Of a DNA stretch of 16,352 nucleotides, positions 1 to 10,030 are shown piece after piece. The notes beneath the pieces are model-generated. The model did not search any database. It worked only from the letters and a program-made list of their open reading frames with translations, and was not told the DNA's origin. The translations under genes were made by a program, and so were the position numbers. Where the stretch lies: assembly GCF_006345805.1 (NCBI RefSeq), contig NW_021825162.1, positions 1 to 16,352 of the forward strand. Direction: 5' to 3'. Every line of letters begins with the position of its first letter. The stretch's first letter is position 1. This DNA is from Octopus sinensis (taxonomy: Eukaryota).

Positions 1-900
1 CTCAACATTTCCTCTTATATTCTTCGTAGTATTAAACGCTCATGTCGTTTGCACTCTTGAGCTGATTGTAGTGGCTTACTTCCTCTGCAGCTTCTGACAA
101 TATCTTTGACTGGTGTTTTCTTTACTTTGCAGATAGTTCAAGGCTTAGAAGTGGCGTGTAGCCCAGGTTCCAAAATTTCGTTTCCCCCTTTCTCGACAGG
201 TAGCCACGTTGTGTGTAACCCGAAATTTTTACTTTTCGTTTTTTTCTGCCAAATGCGCCTTCGATGTTCGACTTCCATGAGACTGCCATTTCGACTATTT
301 TCCATACGTTTTTCTTCCTAAATTACGCAATCAAGGCAGGGTTTTAGTGGTAGAAGGTTGAAAAATATAAATTGACACGAACGTTAAGAGAAACATCCAA
401 CAGACCGTTCAGTTTTTGATCGTTCATCTTTCTCACATGGGCTTTTCTTATGTTTTAAAACAAAAAAATCCTAAAAGTTCTATGTTATTTAGTTTTTATG
501 CTAAGTGTAGCAGTAATTTAGCTGCTTCTCCCTCGATATTGCAAAACACAAAGAACGCAATTAATTTGCAAAGATTGCTGTTTTAATCTAATTCTGCGTC
601 TGTTGCACACGACACATTATAATCCCACTGACCAGCTAATTTCAATGTCAATGATTTTCCAGTCATTGTTTTTCTCAGACCAATGACAACGGATTTTGTC
701 TTGAGATGCGGTCACAAGTAGGGACAGGCTGCTGGGGAATCCTTAGAGAGCAGAAATGCGCATCTAGCAAGCCCGTCTCCACACCTGCTACTAATATATT
801 CTTGTGTTCTTCAACATGATAAGTCCATAGCGGATATCACCAGACAAATACCGCGCTTATTTTGGCGTTGTATGTGTGTTTCATTAAGGTCAGAAATTTC
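1..900 (-). pseudogene. Possible heavily decayed RTE-like LINE ORF 3' part (RT thumb/C-terminal region)
   Basis: Non-microsatellite sequence. Minus-strand frames give broken peptides such as KHTYNAKISAVFVW*YPLWT (YNA-x12-WT spacing, as in the RTE motif YNAxVLxVLLYGxExWT) and KIRCHWSEKNND (cf. ILGIHWSDKxTNEE). Stops and frameshifts throughout. Motif matching is by eye and weak. Confidence 0.25.
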
Positions 901-924
901 ATCTCAGGATCATGAGACCTGCTA

Positions 925-1268
925 CAGGCAGCATGTAAACCGGTACTATATATTCCATGGTCAAATGGTCAGTGATTTAACTAGCTCTCACTCAGTTGGG
1001 TAGCTTGTTACTCTTGCGAGGAGGGTGTCTGTACACCCAGCAGGAATAAAAACAAGACCTGTCGAAGGTCGGATAGGCTCCAAGTTTGCCAACGGCCAGG
1101 CAGTATGTAAACCAGTACTATATATTCCATGGTCAAATGGTCAGTGATTTAAATAGCTCTCACTCAGTTGGGTAGCTTGTTACTCTTGTGAGGAAGGTGT
1201 CTGTACACCCAGCAGGAATAAAAACAAGACATGTCGAAGGACGGATAAACTCCATGTTAGCCAACGGC
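925..1268 (+). repeat. Tandem duplication, 2 x 172 bp, about 94% identical
   Basis: CAGGCAGCATGTAAACC at 925 and CAGGCAGTATGTAAACC at 1097. I count 11 substitutions and no indels. A partial third start (CATGCAGT) lies at 1269-1276. Confidence 0.95.
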
Positions 1269-1278
1269 CATGCAGTTC

Positions 1279-1439
1279 GGTAAGCCAATGGCAAGGCACC
1301 CCAATATCTCTGTCAAGAAAGCTCAGAACGAAGACACGCTATGGGTCTCACCCGATGGGAGAACACGCGCTTAGTCGGGAAGACTGTCCTTGAAGTGTCA
1401 TCAACGTGTTGTAAATAAGCATCGTACGTGACGACGACG
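1279..1439 (+). mobile_element. RTE/BovB-related bipartite (5'UTR + 3' end) non-autonomous element segment
   Basis: GGTAAGCCAATGGCAAGGCACCCCAATATCTCTGTCAAGAAAG resembles the recalled Bov-A/BovB GGAGAAGGAAATGGCAACCCACTCCAGTATTCTTGCC (~64%). Downstream CTATGGGTCTC...AGTCGGGAAGACT resembles the BovB 3' end CCATGGGGTCGC...AGTCGGACACGACT. The segment ends in a short (GAC)3 tail. Confidence 0.5.
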
Positions 1440-1589
1440 TTTGTGTGCGCATGCTTGTGTGTGGATGCGTATATGTACGAATGTATGCGTGAATGTATGA
1501 ATAAAAGTATAGTGGTATTCAAACAACTCTGTCCATGACATTCAGAATCACGTTTGCAAGAATATTATATGCTTATAGCAACATACTAA

Positions 1590-1644
<55 letters not shown>

Positions 1645-1645
1645 A

Positions 1646-1728
<83 letters not shown>
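1590..1728. repeat. (TC)n (1590-1640) plus (ATCT)~20 (1646-1728) microsatellites
   Basis: Direct reading. Confidence 0.97.
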
Positions 1729-1938
1729 AGTCTGAATTTCTGCCTTTCTGACTGTCTCTCTTTCCCCAATTCCTTTTCTATCTTTGTCAGTCTATCAGTC
1801 TATGCATCTGTTTCGTAATTTAACTTCCTACACTCGAAGCCAAGGACCATCAGACATCTAAATCAGATAAACTTTTTGTCTTTGTAACAGACTGATTTAA
1901 ACGGACAAAGTAAAATCATATTTTCGTGTCAGTTCTTT

Positions 1939-2531
1939 ATACATACATGGATACATACATACATGCATACATACATACGTACGTACGTACGTACGTACGT
2001 ACGTACATATATACATGCATACATACGTACGTACATACATACATACATACATGCACACATACGTACATACATACGTACATACATACATACGTACGTACAT
2101 AAATGCATACATACATACATACGTACGTACATACATACATACGTACGTACGTACATACATACATACATACATAAATACATACATACATACGTACATACAT
2201 ACATACGTACGTACATACATACATACGTACGTACATACATACATACGTACGTACGTACATACATACATCCATACGTACGTGCATACATACATACACACAT
2301 ATACATACACACGTGTATATATATATATATATATATATATTATAGAATATATATATATATATGCAAATATATTACACACACACTATATTAACTAGATATA
2401 TATGTACATCCATATGCGCGTGTGTATTTGTGTGTGTGTGCGTTGTGTGTATGTGTATGTATGTGTATATGTATGTATGTATATCTATAAATTACATATA
2501 TATATAAATATATATATATAATAAATATATA

Positions 2532-2571
<40 letters not shown>
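1939..2571. repeat. Compound microsatellite: interspersed (ACAT)/(ACGT), then (TA)n, (TG)/(TATG), (TA)n
   Basis: Direct reading; source of the YIHT/MYVC-type ORFs. Confidence 0.97.
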
Positions 2572-2574
<3 letters not shown>

Positions 2575-2904
2575 TTCAGGAATTTGTTTGTAATATTAGA
2601 CCAGACATTTAATACAAAAGCTAGAAACGAGATGAAATAATTAAATAATAAAAATAATATATGCGATAAATACTATTGTCAATTATATTTTTGGTACATT
2701 TTAAAATTTGATTAAATTCTTTAAATTAATTTTTTCTTTATCTTCCTAAACTAATTTTCTTTGTGTCATATTTTATTCAATGTTGGCAATTTATCGGAAA
2801 CTCTAGAACAGTAGACAGAAAAATCTGGAATTACTTCTATTTTAAGAACTGGTAATTGCGGCAAAGAGAAGAGCGCAGGTCAGTTCTTCGGTTCTTCGTT
2901 TTGG

Positions 2905-3301
2905 TTTTCTCCTTTCACTTATTTCGATTATTAGACTGCGACCACGCTGGAACACCGTCTTGAAGAATTTTTATTCGAGTGTATCTATCCCAGTACTAAT
3001 TTCTTTTTAAAGCATGTTATTTATTCTACCGGTCACTTTTACCAAACCGCTATGTTCTGGGAACGTAAACACACCAGCACCGGTTGTCAAGAAGTGGTGG
3101 TAGTGGAGAAACACACACACACACACACATTTATATACGATGGTCTTCTTCCAGTTTTCCGTCGACGAATTCCATTCCGTCGGTCTTGGTTGGTTTGGTC
3201 CGGGGCTATAGTAAATGTTCTTGCCCCAAGTGCCACGCAGTGGTACTAAATCTGTAATCATGTAATTTTTGAAACAAGCTTCTTACCATACAGCCACGCC
3301 T
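2905..3301 (-). mobile_element. Full-length diverged tRNA-derived SINE (CORE-like body, internal microsatellite), same family as 5328-5742
   Basis: The reverse complement reads GGCGTGGCTGTATGGTAAGAAGCTTG...CTGCGTGGCACTTGGGGCAAG...(TG)n...CTTGACAACCGGTGCTGGTGTGTTTACG...GACGGTGTTCCAGCGTGGTCGCAGTC, colinear with the 5328-5742 copy. Confidence 0.88.
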
Positions 3302-3414
3302 GGTTTCCATAAATTCTTCTGAACTGTAATGGAGTGACTGAGTTGAAATCCCACTCGTGATGGTCATTAAACATGCAGACATGCATGTATCCGTCCATGC
3401 ATCCGTACGTACAT

Positions 3415-3678
3415 AAGGTGGCTGCCCCTCGTTATCGAGTATGGCCATTGCACGAAGCTTAATCAATGTTGTTATCGTGCAATGCCTGTGCAAGAAGATT
3501 TTTTAAAGTGAGGAAAGGTTGTGCACTGAGTCAATCCCACTCACTAAGCAACAGCAGCCATTATCCGAAAAGAAGAGCAAGTCAACATCATCGGTAACCA
3601 CAGAGCCGCAGGTTTTATGTCGGAGTTATCCCAGTTACTTGAGTTACCTTCTCCTAGAAGGATGCCCTAACAAAGGCT
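3415..3678 (-). mobile_element. Probable RTE-related interspersed repeat fragment
   Basis: The reverse complement of 3641-3667 is GGGCATCCTTCTAGGAGAAGGTAACTC, like the RTE 5'UTR motif GGCAACCAGTCTAGGAGAAGGAAAACTC (from memory). Non-simple sequence between microsatellites. Confidence 0.4.
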
Positions 3679-3689
3679 AAGAGTCTTAA

Positions 3690-3906
3690 ATACATACATA
3701 CATATGAATGCTTGTGCGTGTGAGTATGTGTGTGTGTGTGGTTGTGGGTGTGTGTGGGCATGTACATGCACTTGGTATATTGTCACTATTGTTGGTCCTG
3801 CTGTTGCTCGGATTATATTTCCTGCTGTTGTTGTTATTACATACATGCATGTATACATACATACATACATACATACATACATACATACATACATACATAC
3901 ATACAT
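3690..3906. repeat. Compound (TG)n / (TGT)n / (ACAT)n microsatellite
   Basis: Direct reading. Confidence 0.93.
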
Positions 3907-4115
3907 AGACTTAAACTTATGGTCCCAGGAATTCCAACGATGATAGCTCTGTCTTTTAAAGTCTATTATAATCCTGCATTATTTCATATAACGGGTGTAT
4001 CATTTAAAATGGTAGGCAGTGATTTAAATGAGTTTAAAAGGGTATGTCTGCTATTTCTATGAATTTTTACCACCCACATAAAATCTCTTTCACTCAGTAG
4101 GTGTGTGTGCGTAGA

Positions 4116-4520
4116 TTTATATATATATATATTTATATATATATATATATATATACATACGTACATACATGTGTGCAAATATTTATTGTAAAGGCATACA
4201 TACATTCATACATACGTACATACATAAATACATACATATATATATATATTATATATATATATATATATAACATATCTATATATATATATATACTATCTAT
4301 ATATGTATATATATGTATATATATATATAAATATATATATATTTGTGTATAAATATTACATATACATATTCTTATATATATATATATATTATACATACAC
4401 GCACACCACACACACACACACACATACACATATATATAAACATATATGCACTCACATATTTTATATATATTATATATATACATACATATATGGAAGTATA
4501 TATTTATACATACATATACA
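4116..4520. repeat. Degenerate (TA)n / (ACAT)n / (CA)n microsatellite field
   Basis: Direct reading. Confidence 0.93.
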
Positions 4521-4595
4521 TAGACGTGTTTCGCATAGAATCAAGACTTAGGCTTGAGGGGAGAAGGAAAAAGGCGAGAAAGAGAGAATGAAAAG

Positions 4596-4645
<50 letters not shown>

Positions 4646-4690
4646 GGATGGATAGACAGATAGATAGATGGATAGATAGATGGATAGAGA
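4596..4690. repeat. (GATA)n microsatellite, pure for 4596-4644
   Basis: Direct reading. Confidence 0.95.
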
Positions 4691-5140
4691 AAGAGTGAGA
4701 GGAGAGAGAAAGGGAGTGGCAGACAGACAGAGGCTGATAAACTTCCCGGCAGACAGACAGAGTAATGGCCAACGAATAATGAAGATTAAACTATGAACGA
4801 CGTGAAGTTGATTAAATGAAGAAATTAATAATGAAACGAAATTGAAAGCTAACATTTTAGGTGGCAATGATTTCTGTCTTGTACAAAGTGTTGTTATTAC
4901 AATAGGCAAATAGGAATCTTGTGCGTTACATCATTGTATATTGAGTAACAATGTAATGGTTAATAGAAAATATAGGGTGAACGAATACAATTGGAGCATT
5001 GTGTTGATGAATCTAAGATGGTGTATTGAAGATTGAACAAAACGAAGAATGAATAATAAATGGGAAAGGAGCCGAGGAGCGAGGGCGGGCCGTCGTGTAG
5101 TGTTGTGAAATGATATTGTTTGGTGATTGCGTGGGTTCAT

Positions 5141-5206
5141 TATACATACATACATACATACATACATACATACATACATACATACATACATACATCCATA
5201 CATATA

Positions 5207-5259
<53 letters not shown>

Positions 5260-5327
5260 GGCACATACACACGTATATAGACATACAGCTATATAGATAT
5301 GTATATGTATATTAATTTGTATATATA
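5141..5327. repeat. (ACAT)n + (TA)n microsatellite
   Basis: Direct reading. Confidence 0.95.
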
Positions 5328-5510
5328 GGCGCAGGAGTGGCTGTGTGGTAAGTAGCTTGCTAACCAACCACATGGTTCCGGGTTCAGTCCCACTGCGTGG
5401 CACCTTGGGCAAGTGTCTTCTGCTATAGCCCCGGGCCGACCGATGCCTTGTGAGTGGATTTGGTAGACGGAAACTGAAAGAAGCCTGTCGTATATATGTA
5501 TGTATGTATG

Positions 5511-5541
<31 letters not shown>

Positions 5542-5742
5542 CTGTGTTTGTCCCCCTAGCATTGCTTGACAACCGATGCTGGTGTGTTTACGTCCCCGTC
5601 CCCTAGCGGTTCGGCAAAAGAGACCGATAGAATAAGTACTGGGTTTACAAAGAATAAGTCCCGGGGTCGATTTACTCGACTAAAGGCGGTGCTCCAGCAT
5701 GGCCACAGTCAAATGACTGAAACAAGTAAAAGAGTAAAAGAG
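5328..5742 (+). mobile_element. Full-length tRNA-derived SINE with CORE-like domain (Octopus OR2-like by recollection)
   Basis: Pol III A-box TGGCTGTGTGG (5338-5348) and B-box GGTTCAGTCC (5381-5390). CORE-like CCTTGGGCAAGTG. Internal (TA)/(TATG)/(TG) tract at 5491-5540. The 3' tail ends in (AGTAAAAG)2. Homologous copies at 2905 and 8370. Confidence 0.92.
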
Positions 5743-5900
5743 TATATATATATATATATGTATACATATATATATATATATACACATACATGCATGCATG
5801 CATACATACATAGATACATACGTACTTACATACGTATGATAAATTGAGCGACGATTTAAGCTGGTACTTTCGTTACTTAAGTGAGAGATTGTCTAAGTAC

Positions 5901-6081
5901 CATAGAAGGAAATATGGAAAAATTGAAGAATTGAAGAAATGAAGAAGAAGAAGAAGAAGGAGAAGGAGGAGGAGAAGAGAAGAAGGAGAAGGAAAAGAAG
6001 AAGAAAGTGAAAGGGAGAGAAAGCGTGAGTGGGTCTAGAGAAAGTTCAACGGTGTGCACAGACATATAAGCACAATAGAAT

Positions 6082-6113
<32 letters not shown>

Positions 6114-6135
6114 AAGAAAGAGAGAGAGAAAGCCG
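5901..6135. repeat. Purine-rich (GAA/GGA)n and (GA)n tract
   Basis: Direct reading. Confidence 0.9.
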
Positions 6136-6399
6136 ATTTTTGATGCACAGCGTTACTGCATGTTTAACGTAACCAATCATCAGATAAAAGCAGAAAAAAA
6201 AAGAAAATTGGGAAAGAATTTAGCATTAAGCATAAACAAACATCAAATCTACCATCAAGTATTGATACAATGTTGCGTGTCCACAAATTCGGGACACAAA
6301 CGTATTTTCTTGAACCATCTGCAAGTCCGCTAAGAAAAATGCTAACATACCTTGTGTTAAGTGAAATATTTAAATAAATACATTTTGAAGTTTGTTGCT

Positions 6400-6512
6400 G
6401 CTGCTGCTGGTCGTAATGATGATAAAGATGGTGGTGATGATGATAATGATGATGATGATGACAATAAAAATGGAGATGATGATGGTGATGATGATTATTA
6501 TTATCATGATGA
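6400..6512. repeat. Degenerate (GAT)n trinucleotide repeat
   Basis: Direct reading. Confidence 0.9.
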
Positions 6513-6761
6513 TAGGGAGAAAGAGGAGGTGCAGGAAGAGAAGGCGATGTATGCGTTTATGCCAGTATAAACATGTGTGGATTATGAAATTATATAGCAA
6601 AGAGGAAAATCGGAAAATATAGAATGATGAAATTGATAAGGGTTGTGTGTGTGAGTGTGTGTTTGTATGGGTGAGGTGAGTGGGGTCGCAGATTAAAAGT
6701 TTAAGAAATAACTGCTCAGAGAGAGGAAGAGAGACTGAAAGAGATCATTGTATATAGTATA

Positions 6762-6763
<2 letters not shown>

Positions 6764-6817
<54 letters not shown>

Positions 6818-6823
6818 GTAATA

Positions 6824-6860
<37 letters not shown>

Positions 6861-6974
6861 CTTGTGTGTGTAAGTATGTATAATTGTATGTAAGTATATA
6901 GGTACGATATATTTGAATATACATATCTATCTTTTTACCTTTGTAACTCTGTTATTTATATATACCATACATAC

Positions 6975-7028
<54 letters not shown>

Positions 7029-7200
7029 ATATATATATGGGGGGAGACAAAAATAGAGAAATTTTCAGACAGACTGTGAGGGAGAGATAGGAAGAAATAG
7101 ATAAATAGAAAGCTAGACAGATAGATAGATAGATAGATAGATAGATTGAGAGAGAGAGAGAGAGAGAGGTAGAGAGGGGGTGCAGAGAGAGAGAGAGAAT
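6764..7200. repeat. (TAA)n, (TA)n, (GATA)n and (GA)n microsatellites
   Basis: (TAA)n 6764-6824; (TA)n 6827-6857 and ~6975-7038; (GATA)n/(GA)n ~7115-7198. Confidence 0.92.
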
Positions 7201-7624
7201 TGCATTGAGAATGGATCTCAATAAGATAAGCTGTGATGGAGTTTAACAAAACGAACATCAAATCCCGTCCTTGTGAGCTTCCATATGAAAATTATATCGA
7301 ATCTCACATACACAGAAAGGAAGAGGGGAATATACTCACCAGACTATCGGCTTAGCTGCTGTCATTTATTAAGCCTTCGTGTCATGAACATTTTATAAAT
7401 ATAGCAGAGCAAACTGGCCAAATATGCACGCATCAGTTTTCTACGCATGCACGTCTTCGTATGCGTCTGTGTATTTATAGATTTATGGATTTATGTACGT
7501 TTGTATGTACTTTAGTGTGTGGTCATGTGTTTTTGCAGACACATGTAATTATGTAATATATATATATGTGTGTGTGTATGTGTGTGTGTGTGTGTGTGTG
7601 CATGTATACATCCTTTAATACGGT

Positions 7625-7860
7625 CGTTAGACTGCGGCCACGCTGGGGCACAACCTGGAAGAAATATTTGTCGAATGAATCGCTCCCAGGACGTATTCTT
7701 TTAAAGGCTGCTCTTTTGCCGACCCGCCAATGCACAGGGACGTAAACAAAACAGCACTGGTTGTCAAGCGACAGAAGCAGATTCCATACCAAAAGGCAGT
7801 CTTTCTGACCAATTTGTGTTCAGGGTGCCATCTAGTGGGAAGCAAACGTCTTACCACGCA
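7625..7860 (-). mobile_element. Degraded, internally deleted SINE (head remnant + family 3' tail)
   Basis: The reverse complement reads GTGGTAAGACGTTTGCTTCCCA...GCTTGACAACCAGTGCTGTTTTGTTTACGTCCC...CGGCAAAAGAG...GTGCCCCAGCGTGGCCGCAGTC, matching the head start and tail of 5328-5742. Confidence 0.8.
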
Positions 7861-7889
7861 CACGTATATATATATATATATATATATAT

Positions 7890-8039
7890 GAGTAACTGTG
7901 TGGTAAGAAACTTGATTCCCAACCACATGGTTCAAGGTTCAGTTCCACTGCGTGCATCTTGGGCAAGTGTTCTACTATAGCCTCATGTCAGCAAAGTTAT
8001 ATTAGTGGATTAGGTAGACGGAACTGAAAGAAGTCTGTC

Positions 8040-8040
<1 letters not shown>
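7890..8040 (+). mobile_element. 5' half of the CORE-like SINE, ending at the internal (TA)n
   Basis: GAGTAACTGTGTGGTAAG...GGTTCAGTTCCACTGCGTG...TTGGGCAAGTG...GTAGACGGAACTGAAAGAAGTCTGTCG, colinear with 5328-5490. Confidence 0.88.
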
Positions 8041-8081
<41 letters not shown>

Positions 8082-8369
8082 TTTCTATAATTATGAATAT
8101 AATTATAATTATAGAAATTTTGTCTAAGTTTACCGAAAATGGTTCTTTCTCTTTAACATACCGAAACTACTAACTTTGGTAAAATTATTAATTATTAATT
8201 ATTATTAATTTATTATATATATTTATTATATATATATATATATATAATTATATATATATATATATATATAATATATATATCTATATATATATATATATAT
8301 ATCTATATATCTATATATGTATATATATATATATGCATATATATATATGTATGTATATATATATATATA
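8041..8369. repeat. (TA)n-rich field
   Basis: Direct reading. Confidence 0.9.
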
Positions 8370-8780
8370 GGCGCAGGAGTGGCTGTTGGTAAGTAGCTTG
8401 CTAACCATCCACATGGTTCGGGTTCATTCCGACTGCGTGGCATCTTGGGCAAATGTCTTCTACTATAGCCTCGGGCCGACCAAAGCCTTGTGAGTGGATT
8501 TGGTAGACGGAAACTGAAAGAAGCCTGTCGTATGTATGTAATATATATATTATGTATGTGTGTGTTTTGTGTGTCTGTGTTTGTCCCCCTAGCATTGCTG
8601 ACAACCGATGTTGGTGTGTTTACGTCCCCGTCACTTAGCGGTTCGGCAAAAAGAGACCGATAAATAGTAATAAGTCTGGGCTTACAAAGAATAAGTCCCG
8701 GGGTCGATTTGCTCGACTAAAGGCGGTTGCTCTGCAGCACGCATGGCCGCAAATAACTGAAGCCAAGTAAAAGTAAAGTA
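8370..8780 (+). mobile_element. Full-length CORE-like tRNA-derived SINE
   Basis: Colinear and highly similar to 5328-5742 from GGCGCAGGAGTGGCTG through GTCGATTTGCTCGACTAAAGGCGG to an AAGTAAAAGTAAAG tail. Confidence 0.92.
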
Positions 8781-8788
8781 GTATAGAA

Positions 8789-9020
8789 AGCGCAGCAAGG
8801 CCTAGTGGTTAGGGCACGGACTCGCGGTCGCAGGATCGCGGTCGATTCTCAACTGCCGTTGTGTGCTTATTGAGCAGAAACACCTAAAGCTCTACGATGC
8901 TCCGGATGGTGGGTGATCCCTGCGTACTTCTTTCACTCACAATGGCGGTGCCCAGCAATGGCCCACAGAAGCTCAAGAGCTGAACTGGAAAAAACAAAAA
9001 AAAACAAAACAAAAACAAAA
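8789..9020 (+). mobile_element. Second-family tRNA-derived SINE with A-rich tail
   Basis: tRNA-like head GGCCTAGTGGTTAGGGCACGGACTCGCGGTCGC (A-box) with an eroded B-box (GGTCGATTCTC). Body TTGAGCAGAAACACC. A-rich tail at 8989-9020. Confidence 0.75.
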
Positions 9021-9306
9021 GTAAGTATTATTATATGTATAATATTGTATACAAAATAAAAACGGAGAAATACATCCCCTAAAAAAATAAATAAAAAATC
9101 CATTTATCTAATAAAATAAAATAATTAAAATCAATAACAACTACCAATATAACCCAATCAAATAATTTATTAACCCATATATATATACACTCAAAGATAG
9201 ATACGTACACACACATATGCACGTATATGTGTGAGTATTATATAACCATAACAAAGAAAAATATTGTCACGTGACACACGTGACTCAATTTCTGTAACGC
9301 ATACAA

Positions 9307-9344
<38 letters not shown>

Positions 9345-9444
9345 CTTGTATGTGTGTGTATTTGGCACCCATCAACGAGTGACAACCGGTATCAATCAAT
9401 TACCCGATTCTCTCAAGAACCCTTATTATTATTGTATGTAAATA

Positions 9445-9668
9445 TGTGTGTGTGTGTGAGTTTTTCTGCTCGACAAGCTTCTTTATGTTCATATAGCCTA
9501 GCGGTTTGACAAAAGAGAGTGATAGAATAACTACTAGACTTTAAAGAAAAAATAGGAAAAGCAAAGACGTGAGTACTGGTGTCGCTTTGTTCACTAAATA
9601 ATCCTTCAAGGCGATGCTCCAATTTGGCCGCAGTCCAATGACTGAAACAAGTAAGAGGTAAAGGATAA
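9445..9668 (+). mobile_element. 3' half (tail) of the CORE-like SINE, diverged
   Basis: (TG)n then TAGCGGTTTGACAAAAGAG...GATAGAATAA...AAGGCGATGCTCCAATTTGGCCGCAGTCCAATGACTGAAACAAGTAA. A smaller tail scrap (GTGACAACCGGT) lies at ~9350-9395. Confidence 0.85.
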
Positions 9669-9796
9669 TAGAAAATTCGAATAATGATAAGCCCGTGGGT
9701 ATACCATGGCCGAGAAAATATAATGGATGGCCATGGTTGGAATGTCTTCTGATCAATGAACTGCTTAACCAAATCTGACGTCATGGTGCTCAAACA

Positions 9797-10030
9797 ATGT
9801 CCTCCACAACGATTGCAGCAATAACCGCAGTCCCCTCCACCACCACTAATACAACCACCACCGACATAACCATCGCCACCACTACCACACCGCTAACACA
9901 AACACCACTACTAACACCAATACCATCTCCATCACTATCATCACCACTATCACCACCGTCACCATCAATACATCATCACCACCGCTAATCGGAAGACAAC
10001 AAAGACAGCATTAACAATCACAACAAAAAA
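9797..10030. repeat. Degenerate (CAC/CAT/CAA)n tract
   Basis: Direct reading. Confidence 0.85.

Noticed and set aside
106-321. 71-aa + strand ORF as a gene; also IEGAFGRKKR on the minus strand as an IS5-like transposase motif
   Set aside because: No domain resemblance for the ORF; the motif is isolated between stops with no DDE context.
983-994. Hammerhead ribozyme core on the minus strand (CTGAGTGA)
   Set aside because: One nt longer than CUGANGA, and no GAAA box or flanking helices found.
2807-2884. Possible + strand exon (long AG-free zone 2632-2804, donor CAG|GTCAGT at 2879)
   Set aside because: The first available acceptor gives stops in all frames, alternatives give unrecognisable peptides, and there is no partner exon.
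5328-5400. tRNA genes at SINE heads (also 8370, 8789, 13153)
   Set aside because: A/B boxes are present but there is no complete cloverleaf, and each continues into a SINE body.
6345-6565. Minus-strand poly-H/poly-Q frame ending at donor AAG|GTATGT
   Set aside because: The frame derives from a (CAT)n repeat, with no convincing acceptor or start.
7334-7366. Minus-strand donor G|GTGAGT preceded by ATG (MTAAKPIV)
   Set aside because: Only 8 codons, weak start context, and no recognisable downstream exon; such motifs are expected by chance.
8802-8820. Pistol-ribozyme-like GTGGTTAGGGC
   Set aside because: It is the tRNA A-box region of a SINE head; no pseudoknot partner or P2/P3 stems.
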